Source of the DNA: a virus
Reading direction: 5' to 3' (one strand)
IMG/VR virus record: IMGVR_UViG_3300034071_002576
Span: 1-64,000 of that record
DNA length: 64,000 bases
Each line of letters opens with the position of its first letter. Positions within the stretch are counted from its first letter, which is position 1. Below the pieces are notes generated by a model. That model was not told where the DNA came from, did not search any database, and was given only the letters and a program-made list of their open reading frames with translations. Both the position numbers and the translations under genes were made by a program. Shown here piece after piece: positions 56,289 through 64,000 of this stretch.

Positions 56289-56549
56289 TTGCATCGTTTA
56301 CTTTCTTTTGCTTTACTCATTAAGCACACCCCTGTATCCGTGTCACATCAACTTCTGCACGCTTTTTGTCCTGTTTGTTCCACGGGTTTCGTTTTGAAAG
56401 GTTCTCGACTACGTACGTGGCTGAAGGCTAAAGAGAAGAATCCGGCACGTAAGGGTCCCTACTGCACGTATCACTGTTCGTCACGGGCTAACGTCGCTTG
56501 CGCCCCGACCAATCGCAAGGCCGCTGCTCTGGCTTTGACTGTTAGCTGA
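56289..56549 (+). CDS. zinc-finger hypothetical protein (start uncertain)
   Basis: CPVC...YCTYHC. Confidence 0.5.
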   Translation: MHRLLSFALLIKHTPVSVSHQLLHAFCPVCSTGFVLKGSRLRTWLKAKEKNPARKGPYCTYHCSSRANVACAPTNRKAAALALTVS

Positions 56550-56604
56550 TTGTTACAAGGCTCGCTTCTCTGGGCATTTTCGCCTAGTCTTAGCGAGCCC
56601 TTTC

Positions 56605-56680
56605 GCGCATCTAGCAATCTGGTGAATGCAGTCGACTCATAATCGACCTTAGGTGAGTTCAATTCTCACGATGCGCACCA
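56605..56680 (+). tRNA. tRNA with CAT anticodon (elongator Met or Ile2)
   Basis: GCGCATC/GATGCGC acceptor, GTCGA-CTCATAA-TCGAC, T-arm, encoded CCA. Confidence 0.92.
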
Positions 56681-56681
56681 C

Positions 56682-56863
56682 GCCCCTGTGAAGGACACAG
56701 AGGACCCTTTTGTTCTCGTTCTTGCGCAGGTAAAGCTGGCCGAGTAGTCCAACGGCAGAGACAAGCGACTTAAAATCGCTCCAGTGTGGGTTCGAATCCC
56801 ACCTCGGCTACCAATTACTGTGCGGGCGGCACGGGCTTGCGAGTTCGAATCTCGCCAGGGGCA
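56682..56863 (+). ncRNA. outer tRNA-like RNA enclosing tRNA-Leu
   Basis: GCCCCTG/CAGGGGC acceptor, GCGAG-TTCGAAT-CTCGC T-arm, stem 56721-56733/56815-56826. Confidence 0.65.
56738..56813 (+). tRNA. tRNA-Leu(TAA), short variable loop
   Basis: GGCCGAG/CTCGGCT acceptor, AGCGA-CTTAAAA-TCGCT, T-arm, encoded CCA. Confidence 0.92.
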
Positions 56864-56883
56864 CCTCTTCACCTTTTAGTCGG

Positions 56884-57045
56884 ATGACTGACGAACAACT
56901 GAACGATCTCTTTACTGAGTTCTGGGCGGAAAGCTACCCGAATGTTAAGCCGGGTGTGCACGCCATCAGCACGCATCTTGCCTTTGCGCGCCAAGTGCTT
57001 GATGTTTACAAACTCATGCAAGTTTCCGACGCCGTTAGCGAATAA
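56884..57045 (+). CDS. small hypothetical protein (not in ORF track)
   Basis: 53 aa MTDEQLNDLF.EFW.ESYP...TH.AFA. Confidence 0.55.
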   Translation: MTDEQLNDLFTEFWAESYPNVKPGVHAISTHLAFARQVLDVYKLMQVSDAVSE

Positions 57046-57151
57046 GACACAGCACAGAGTTGTGGTATCGGTTACGTGGGATTTTAAGTCTCACGTAACT
57101 GTATTTCAGTAAGCCCTTATAATTGATCTAAGAGTGTTGCTGTAACGGTTC

Positions 57152-57655
57152 GTGACCGATAGAGCTATTTTTAATCGCCGGTACACGAGCTTCACGCCTG
57201 GCGGCCAACAGGTTTGGTTGGTTAACGGCACAAGCGTAACGACAAGCGCATCCACAACTCAGACTTTTACAGCGGGCGCTACCTTACTGCAAGGCGCTCC
57301 TGTGTATGTCAGCGGCACATATGCGTTACCTGCTTCGGCGGCTAGCGGCATTGCAGCTGTGAACTACAACGTGATCGGTTTTGCGACCGAGTCCGTGTCG
57401 AGCGGAAGCGGCGTGGCCGTAGTGCTGGACGATACTGCGATCATCGGATCGGCCAATTTGGTTGGCGAAACGCAGCTCACTCCCGGCCAGTACTACTATT
57501 TAGCTAAGTACACCGGGCAGATCACACAGTACGCCACAGCGTCAGGTACTGTCACAGCCTCGGGTGGTTACGGTGCGTTGGTGAATGTTGGTTTAGCTTT
57601 AAGTACGACGGAACTTCAAGTTGAGATTGAACCTCCCGTCACTCTCACAGCTTGA
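57152..57655 (+). CDS. virion protein, paralog of 13487-13876
   Basis: FTAG..L..G.PVYV...GFA...LTPG.YY.L...VEIEPP. Confidence 0.65.
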   Translation: MTDRAIFNRRYTSFTPGGQQVWLVNGTSVTTSASTTQTFTAGATLLQGAPVYVSGTYALPASAASGIAAVNYNVIGFATESVSSGSGVAVVLDDTAIIGSANLVGETQLTPGQYYYLAKYTGQITQYATASGTVTASGGYGALVNVGLALSTTELQVEIEPPVTLTA

Positions 57656-57684
57656 CTGTATAATTAACATACGGGGGTAATGCT

Positions 57685-58362
57685 ATGGCAACACGTCGTC
57701 CACTAGTACTTGTTAACGGCGTTACCTCGGAGCTGCCTGCTGGCGACGTTGTTGTAGATCCCTCGGGGATTGCGCCAGGCTCAGCTAATCAGGTTCTTCA
57801 AACCAATGCTGGCGGCACTGCGACTGAGTGGCGCAGCAACGTTGTTGTACCTGGCACACTCAATACCGCTGGTGTAGCTGTTTTTGCTAGCGGTGTCGGG
57901 ATTTCTGGCGCGGCGCAGTTCGGCGGCACTGCCACTGTGGCTGGGGCGGTTACTCTGCAGGGGGCCGCCACCGTTGCTGGGACGGCCACTCTTCAAGGGG
58001 CTGTAACCGTTTCCGGTGCTGCGACGTTTGGCGGCGCGGTTATAGTTAATACTTCTGGTGCTCTGACGCTGCCTGAGGGTACGACGGCAGAACGGCCTGC
58101 GGTTCCTGCGTCTGGTGATATTCGGTTTAATACCACTCTTACTCAGTTCGAGGGTTATAACGGTACTGCTTGGGGTGCGTTAGGTGGCGGCGGCGGCGCC
58201 GTGGGCTCAGGCACAAACGCAGTTTTTTATGAGAATGATACGACCGTTACAGGTAGCTACACTATAACTACGGGTAAAAACGCAATGACCGCTGGTCCCA
58301 TCACGGTTCTCAGCGGTGTCACCGTTACTGTTCCCTCCGGTTCTAGCTGGACTGTTGTCTAA
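57685..58362 (+). CDS. proximal tail fibre or adaptor
   Basis: GAAT repeats, LP.GTTAERP, GDIRFNT..FEGYNG, YENDTTV...SSWTVV. Confidence 0.8.
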   Translation: MATRRPLVLVNGVTSELPAGDVVVDPSGIAPGSANQVLQTNAGGTATEWRSNVVVPGTLNTAGVAVFASGVGISGAAQFGGTATVAGAVTLQGAATVAGTATLQGAVTVSGAATFGGAVIVNTSGALTLPEGTTAERPAVPASGDIRFNTTLTQFEGYNGTAWGALGGGGGAVGSGTNAVFYENDTTVTGSYTITTGKNAMTAGPITVLSGVTVTVPSGSSWTVV

Positions 58363-59477
58363 TGTCTATCGAAATTAATGGCGCTGGTGTTATCACCGGT
58401 GTAGATAGCCTCAGCACTCCTGCTGTTACTAACGCGGCGGGTTCGGCTTCCGCTCCCAGTATTACGTTTACTGGTGACAGTAATACTGGTATATATTCTC
58501 CGGCAGCGGATACTATTGCTTTTACAGAGGGTGGCGTCGAATCTTTAAGGATTGATTCTTCAGGAAGAGTAGGGATTGGCTCTACTGCGCCTGATGCTCC
58601 ACTACAAGTAAACTCCGCTGCCGTTGGTGGCGCTGTAAATGATGGCATCAAGATTCACATGCCCGCCAGTTTTGGCGGCGGTGGGACGGGGAACAGCTTG
58701 TTATTTACGGCCTTAAATGGATCATTTGCTCAAGTAAACTATTCATCTATTGCAAGTTTAATCGAAACAAACACTGCAGGATCTCATTCTGGTATTCTAA
58801 CCTTCAGAACTGCTTCAGGTGGCACTAATACCGAACGCGCCCGCATCGACAGCTCGGGACGCCTGTTAGTTGGCACGTCTACAGGTGTTGACGGAGCCTT
58901 GGTGCGCATAGAAGGTGGCATTTCTATCAACGGAGTAAACAATACATCTGCTGTTAACTCTGCTGGCCATTACATCTCACCTGTCGTCAACAGTGCTGGT
59001 CAGAATACATGTAAATCAGCGACTAATGATACAAGTGGGTCGGGAGACCTGTGGCAATACTCGCGAATCAATACGGATGGAGTTATCTTCAGATTCCATA
59101 GAGGAACAACATCGGTCGGAACTGTTTCAATCACATCTAGCTCTACTTCTTATAACACATCTTCCGACTACCGTCTAAAGGAAAACGTTGTTCCACTAAC
59201 TGGTGCTGTTGACCGCATCAATCAGCTTCAGGTTCACCGCTTTAACTTCATCACAGAGCCCGACAAGACAGTTGACGGTTTCATTGCTCACGAAGCCCAA
59301 GCCGTTGTCCCCGAGTGCGTTACTGGAACAAAGGATGAAGTTGATGCTGACGGCAACCCCGTCTACCAAGGCATTGACCAGTCCAAGCTAGTGCCTTTGC
59401 TGACGGCTGCATTGCAGGAAGCACTTCAGAAGATCGAAACCCTTGAGCAGCGTCTAAATGATGCTGGCATTGCCTAG
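58362..59477 (+). CDS. tail fibre with C-terminal S74 chaperone
   Basis: GS.SAPSI.F.GD.NTG, VGIG, ERARI, SDYRLKEN, GFIAHE. Confidence 0.9.
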   Translation: MSIEINGAGVITGVDSLSTPAVTNAAGSASAPSITFTGDSNTGIYSPAADTIAFTEGGVESLRIDSSGRVGIGSTAPDAPLQVNSAAVGGAVNDGIKIHMPASFGGGGTGNSLLFTALNGSFAQVNYSSIASLIETNTAGSHSGILTFRTASGGTNTERARIDSSGRLLVGTSTGVDGALVRIEGGISINGVNNTSAVNSAGHYISPVVNSAGQNTCKSATNDTSGSGDLWQYSRINTDGVIFRFHRGTTSVGTVSITSSSTSYNTSSDYRLKENVVPLTGAVDRINQLQVHRFNFITEPDKTVDGFIAHEAQAVVPECVTGTKDEVDADGNPVYQGIDQSKLVPLLTAALQEALQKIETLEQRLNDAGIA

Positions 59478-59746
59478 TAGTCCTACTCACTAAATGAGCT
59501 ACCCCTCTTACTACTGCCAGCACTGCGGTCAACAAATCGGTTGGGTCGGTCGGTTCTTCCAACTGATCCGCCTTCCATTGCATCGTTGCCTGGCGTAGTA
59601 GTCACCTTCACTACTAATTCCAGCTCGGTTTCTCGACCGAGCTTTTTTTATGTTTGTAAATTTCCCACGTGGGCACGGCTCTGTGTCCAGAGCACCTGCG
59701 TAAGGCACAGGTACGCTGGACAGATTAGCGGGCGGGGCTACGCGGC

Positions 59747-61342
59747 TCAGCAAGCCAGCAGCACGCAAGGCACGCAGTAGCTGCCATCGTCGTAGGTGCA
59801 GGTGATGTGGTTGGAAGTCACCTTGGCGATGGTTTTGCTGCGAACGATGTCATCGTCTTGGGGCTTGGCGGTGCCGTCACCAGCAGACATCAGCAGTTGA
59901 CCGCGATGCACTGGAATTCCCGCTGAGATACGGATGATGAAGTCACCCGTCATTGCGCAGTAGAAATCATCGGTGTAGGTGTCATCGTCATCGTCCCAGC
60001 ACTGGAACACGCCGGCCACGTTTGGGTCGCCTTCAACGTCACTCACCTGGGTACGGTTGAGTTGCTCATTATCTTCTTCACCCCATGCACACATCTCGTC
60101 AATGTTTTTCAGCACAGTACCGCGCAAAATTTCAGTGCGTTCCGCTCCACCAGGGAGCTGGGACCAGCGACTTAGGTGAGCACCGTTGTAGCTGACGGTT
60201 GTGCCCGAAACGGAAATAGAACCTTCCGATGTTTGTGCTTGTTGAAAATCAATAAGCGTTCCATCGCTTGCTGGTCTATTTATGAGCTGTCCACCAACGC
60301 TGTTTACCTGCCAAATGCGCTGAGTAGTTGAGTTACTAATATTGCTAAATGCTTGAATGAGTGCCCCGCCAGTGCCTCCTGCTGGGTTGGCGTTGTCAAT
60401 CCGCAAAGCAGCAGAAGTTTCCCCGTTAGCGTCAACGTTTTGCGAAATCCTTAGCGCGTAAGTATTTGCGCCGCTGCTATTACCATTATGGCCTTGGATA
60501 TGTGCTAAACACTGCCCAGATGAGCTGTTATTGTAAACACCAAATAGCAAAGGTTGTTGACCGGAATAGCTGCCAGACGTTCCACCGGGGATGTCAACTA
60601 AACCAGTGGAGGAAATCCTCATCCGCTCCGTCGGGCTGCTCGCTCCGTCGGCGGTAGTGGAGAACACTAAGCGGCCTGGATAATCACCTGATCCAGCATT
60701 TGCATCGGCGGTGCATCGAATCTGTGCGAATGAATTGCCGGACGAGTCGTTAAACTTTATGTAGCCAATGTCCTCGCCCGAGGTGATTGAGGTTGCAGCC
60801 TCTCCACGTTGTATTGAAATAGATCCATGTCCAGTTGGGCCAGTGGTATTTCCTTGAACAACCGCTAAGTCAAACTGGCCATCACCTGCGCTAGGCGCAG
60901 TAGACGTGCCAACTAAGAGGCGTCCCGATGTATCAATACGAGCTCGTTCTGAATCACTCGTCCAAAGGGTTAGAGGTAAGTTGGCCCCCGTTTGGCCTTG
61001 AATACGAAAAGTGCTGCCAATTGAACCAAGTTGGCCAACGCCTGCTCCTGAAGAGTCTCTGATGGCTAGTACGCCTTGGACTGTTAAGGCTTGATCTGGG
61101 CTAGTAGTGCCAATCCCTACTTGCCCTGAAGAGCTAATATAAAGTCGTGCGGAACCCCCCGTGGTGAGCGCAACCTGATCCCCACCAGGACTATAAATAC
61201 CTGTATTCGCGTCGCCAGTTACATAAATAGAAGGGGCGGATGCCGAGCCGGTTTGAATCGCTACGTTGCCGGACGCATCTAGAGCAAGGTTTGTGCTTGC
61301 CGAATCAGGGCTCTTGAGATTGTAGGTATTCAGGGTGCTCAT
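59747..61342 (-). CDS. tail fibre (inverted orientation, different C-terminal domain)
   Basis: same N-terminal and repeat modules; ends YDDGSYCVPCVLLAC. Confidence 0.85.
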   Translation of the reverse strand: MSTLNTYNLKSPDSASTNLALDASGNVAIQTGSASAPSIYVTGDANTGIYSPGGDQVALTTGGSARLYISSSGQVGIGTTSPDQALTVQGVLAIRDSSGAGVGQLGSIGSTFRIQGQTGANLPLTLWTSDSERARIDTSGRLLVGTSTAPSAGDGQFDLAVVQGNTTGPTGHGSISIQRGEAATSITSGEDIGYIKFNDSSGNSFAQIRCTADANAGSGDYPGRLVFSTTADGASSPTERMRISSTGLVDIPGGTSGSYSGQQPLLFGVYNNSSSGQCLAHIQGHNGNSSGANTYALRISQNVDANGETSAALRIDNANPAGGTGGALIQAFSNISNSTTQRIWQVNSVGGQLINRPASDGTLIDFQQAQTSEGSISVSGTTVSYNGAHLSRWSQLPGGAERTEILRGTVLKNIDEMCAWGEEDNEQLNRTQVSDVEGDPNVAGVFQCWDDDDDTYTDDFYCAMTGDFIIRISAGIPVHRGQLLMSAGDGTAKPQDDDIVRSKTIAKVTSNHITCTYDDGSYCVPCVLLAC

Positions 61343-61496
61343 GATCTGCGAGCCTTAATCGCAAAGGACTGAGTAGCGGCTAGCGTAGGAACGCAGTCCA
61401 CTGGGCTACTTATAACTTTAGCAACGCTGACGCAATAAATCGCCGCTGTTTTTACGACGGTCTTTGCTAATCTTAGAAAACAGTCACCGCAGCCCC

Positions 61497-61817
61497 GTGG
61501 CAACCACTTTTACTTGGCACATTGCTCAACTTGAGCGCAAGACCGACGACGGTTTTGTTTTCACTGCACACTATACAATCGACGCTAAAGACGACACGTA
61601 TAGCTCTGGTGCATACGGCAGTATCGGATTCGAACGTCCGGAAAATCTGATTCCTTATTCTGATTTAACTGAGGAGCTTTGCATTCAGTGGGTGCAGGAA
61701 GCTCTGGGTGCTGAAAAAGTAACTGAGATTGAAGCGGCCCTTCAGACTCAGCTGGACCAGCAGCGCCACCCCACGACTGCCGCCGGTGTTCCTTGGGCGA
61801 GCGCGCCTGTTTCCTGA
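61497..61817 (+). CDS. fibre-associated small protein (possible assembly chaperone)
   Basis: GTG start; TW.I..LER...G.V..AHY, IPYSDLTEE...WV, GVPW. Confidence 0.65.
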   Translation: MATTFTWHIAQLERKTDDGFVFTAHYTIDAKDDTYSSGAYGSIGFERPENLIPYSDLTEELCIQWVQEALGAEKVTEIEAALQTQLDQQRHPTTAAGVPWASAPVS

Positions 61818-61983
61818 CAACCCGGACCGTTGTACTGCTAGTCGGGTCTCGGTTCGCCGCGCGACTTGGGTTGCGAAGTCTTGAGATTGCCTTAAAAGCC
61901 GACCTTGCGTCGTCGAACCGAGCCTTGGGCTAATAGCTTCAACAAGCCATTGACCGGCTCTAGACAAGGGCCGACCTTTCTTC

Positions 61984-62265
61984 GTGTCTAGTTATCTGTT
62001 CAGCAATCGGCCTGACCGCGAGGTTTATTTGAGTCTCGCTAATAGACCTCGCAAGCGAGATGCGACAAGTCAATACCGCGGGGTTTCAAAAAACACAAAC
62101 CCGAACAAACCCTTTCGTGCGGCACTAAAGCACAAAGGGCGGAATTATTACCTTGGGTCTTATAAGACTGAGCTTGAAGCCGCAAAGGCTTACAACAAAG
62201 CCGCACTGCGGATCGTGGGAGAGTACGCTGTGATCAACGATCTGTCAGACGCTACAGATCGCTAA
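61984..62265 (+). CDS. stand-alone AP2 DNA-binding domain protein
   Basis: SQYRGV...YLGSY.TE.EAA.AYN.AA....GEYA.IN. Confidence 0.85.
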   Translation: MSSYLFSNRPDREVYLSLANRPRKRDATSQYRGVSKNTNPNKPFRAALKHKGRNYYLGSYKTELEAAKAYNKAALRIVGEYAVINDLSDATDR

Positions 62266-62275
62266 AAACAACAAC

Positions 62276-62638
62276 ATGTTTAACGAGCAACGGTGTCCCA
62301 AGTGCAACGAGTACGGGTTTGCGACCCAAGAATCGCGCAAAACACGTGAAGCTACCCGGCGCCGTCGGGTTTGTTCAAGCTGTGACTACCGGCAAACGAC
62401 CTACGAGGTGTCTCAGGTTTGGTATCGCGAGGCTCAGAAAAATCGTGACATTGTCTCGAAACTAGAAGAAGTTATGGGTCTGCATTCCCAAGGAGGAGCA
62501 GACAAAACTAAATCTTTTAAAGCGTTCTGTTCGATGTGTACTTTTATGACCGACCGCGGGTGCTCCTTTGGTTTCCCTGAAGCCGGCGGGGATTTTGCGA
62601 CAGAATGCAGTCAGTACACCCCCTCGGAACATGGCTGA
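62276..62638 (+). CDS. NrdR-like zinc-ribbon protein without ATP cone
   Basis: CPKC...ESR....RRRRVC..C..R.TTYE plus a second Cys cluster. Confidence 0.75.
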   Translation: MFNEQRCPKCNEYGFATQESRKTREATRRRRVCSSCDYRQTTYEVSQVWYREAQKNRDIVSKLEEVMGLHSQGGADKTKSFKAFCSMCTFMTDRGCSFGFPEAGGDFATECSQYTPSEHG

Positions 62639-62852
62639 CATCGCGAAATGTGCCAGCGGGGAAAATTGTCCTCTGCGCACACGGTGCTACCGTTACCTTG
62701 TTACGCCGGGATCTCGTCAGAGTTACGCGTACTTTCCCGAAATCGGGTCGAAGTGTACTTATTTTATTCCTGACAACAGTGAGTTTGAAGTTTCCGATCG
62801 GAACCCACGTGGGCAAGAAAAAGCCCTCAGCCAATCTGTCGCTGCCGAATAA
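62631..62852 (+). CDS. small Cys-rich phage protein
   Basis: MADI.KC..CPL...CYRY...QSY..F. Confidence 0.55.
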   Translation: MADIAKCASGENCPLRTRCYRYLVTPGSRQSYAYFPEIGSKCTYFIPDNSEFEVSDRNPRGQEKALSQSVAAE

Positions 62853-63011
62853 GCATGGTGTTGTTATCGGACACGGCGAACGCCGTAATGCGAAAGGTGC
62901 GATCATGCGTTTCTACATTGTCGAGACTACGCACTCGTCCCGTCCTGAAGAGTGGGCTCCTGGGATTACTTATCCCTTGGACGCTGATATCAAAGACAAC
63001 GTTGCATTCGT

Positions 63012-63455
63012 TTGAACGTGTCCTGGGATCATCGCTTTTTAGACCTTGCGAAGAGCCTCGCAGCATGGAGCAAGGATCCATCGACGCCTGTCGGCGCTGT
63101 GGCGGTGCGAGATCGCCGCATCTTAGGAACTGGATACAACGGCTTTCCCCACGGTATTGCCGACCTTCCAGGCCGCCTGTCGAATAGGAACGAGAAGCTT
63201 CTGCGCACTGTGCACGCAGAGGCCAACATCGTTGCTCACGCGGCACGTAATGGAGTCGCTTTGGACGGCGCCACGGTTTATGTCTGGCCTTTTCTACCTT
63301 GCAGCAACTGCTGCACGCTGTTGATTCAAGCCGGAATCGAACGCGTGGTCGCGCCGGATTTTCCGATTCCGGACCGCTGGGCTGAGAGTTTTAAAATGTC
63401 TCAGTCCATGTTTGACGAAGCTAAAGTTGATTTGACCCTTTTAGAGGTGTCTTAA
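63012..63455 (+). CDS. dCMP deaminase
   Basis: SKDPST.VGA, GYNG, HAEAN, PCSNC. Confidence 0.92.
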   Translation: MNVSWDHRFLDLAKSLAAWSKDPSTPVGAVAVRDRRILGTGYNGFPHGIADLPGRLSNRNEKLLRTVHAEANIVAHAARNGVALDGATVYVWPFLPCSNCCTLLIQAGIERVVAPDFPIPDRWAESFKMSQSMFDEAKVDLTLLEVS

Positions 63456-63542
63456 TGGAACTCGTTGGAGATCCGCTAAGTCTATTTATAAAATTCTCTA
63501 TTTTATATATTTGCGTTTGCGTTTTGTTACTCTGGGTTGCTT

Positions 63543-64000
63543 CTAAAATTCTTCCGTAGATCCGTGCACTGCGACGTACATATTGTCGTACGGACGGATC
63601 TCGGCCACGTTGTAACCCAAGCCCCGCAGGTGATCGAACAATTGTTTTTTCTGCGGGGCGAACCAATCGTCGTTGTTGGCTTCGAAGATGATCGGCGGGT
63701 AGTCGCTGCGTTTTAGGGTTAGGGCGGCGCCCCGCAGTGCGGCCAGCTCGTTGCCCTCGATGTCCAGCTTGATCAGGCCGACATCTTCGATATGGTAGTT
63801 ATCTAAGTTCATGGCCTCCACCCGCTCCGTGTGCAGCACAGGCTCACGAGGGATTAGCAGGGTTGAGCCGCCTCCATCCTCGGACACGACCGATAGGGTC
63901 ACGGTTTGATGCGCGTGGACCTTATCTGTGATGGCGATGTGCTTGGGGATGATGTTGGTTTTTTCGTTAATGAAGATGTTGCCGCACAGCTGGTAGAACG
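63543..64000 (-). CDS. FkbM-family methyltransferase (5'-truncated by the window edge)
   Basis: FYQLCGN...LD......IKLDIEG.E...L.GA...P.I.FE; frame open to the window end. Confidence 0.85.
   Translation of the reverse strand, partial: FYQLCGNIFINEKTNIIPKHIAITDKVHAHQTVTLSVVSEDGGGSTLLIPREPVLHTERVEAMNLDNYHIEDVGLIKLDIEGNELAALRGAALTLKRSDYPPIIFEANNDDWFAPQKKQLFDHLRGLGYNVAEIRPYDNMYVAVHGSTEEF

Noticed and set aside
56471-56872. - strand ORFs 56471-56662 and 56666-56872
   Set aside because: Antisense shadows of the tRNA cluster
59480-59746. Invertase or dedicated inversion site between the convergent fibre genes
   Set aside because: The short ORFs here show no serine or tyrosine recombinase motifs, and no gix/hix-like site was seen

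Overview
A 64-kb internal segment of a large dsDNA phage, most likely a freshwater picocyanobacterial phage (two NblA-like genes, SAM decarboxylase, ThyX, cyanophage-type GH24/C39 endolysin, cyanobacterial-style boxA elements). No terminase, portal, major capsid gene, integrase, reverse transcriptase or CRISPR array was recognised. Layout: (i) 1-21.6 kb, mostly + strand virion, lysis and auxiliary genes (SLT-M23 protein, fibres, Dps, GT47, speD, endolysin, thyX); (ii) 21.6-49.5 kb, an almost entirely - strand block of replication genes (primase-SF3 helicase, PD-(D/E)XK exonuclease, SSB, family A polymerase), a MoxR AAA/VWA module, a periplasmic cell-wall module and many small early genes; (iii) 49.5-50.8 kb, a 1.25-kb hairpin-dense non-coding leader; (iv) 51-64 kb, virion and fibre genes, structured RNAs and tRNAs, methyltransferases and dCMP deaminase. 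The most unusual signals are a complete tRNA-Leu nested inside a second anticodon-less tRNA-like RNA (with two further anticodon-less tRNA mimics), an rRNA-leader-like boxB/boxA arrangement heading the early operon, DNA-level conserved boxes shared by three fibre genes and by a tandem paralog array, and several apparently catalytically dead MTase and His-Me-finger proteins. All calls come from reading motifs by eye; no database search was run.
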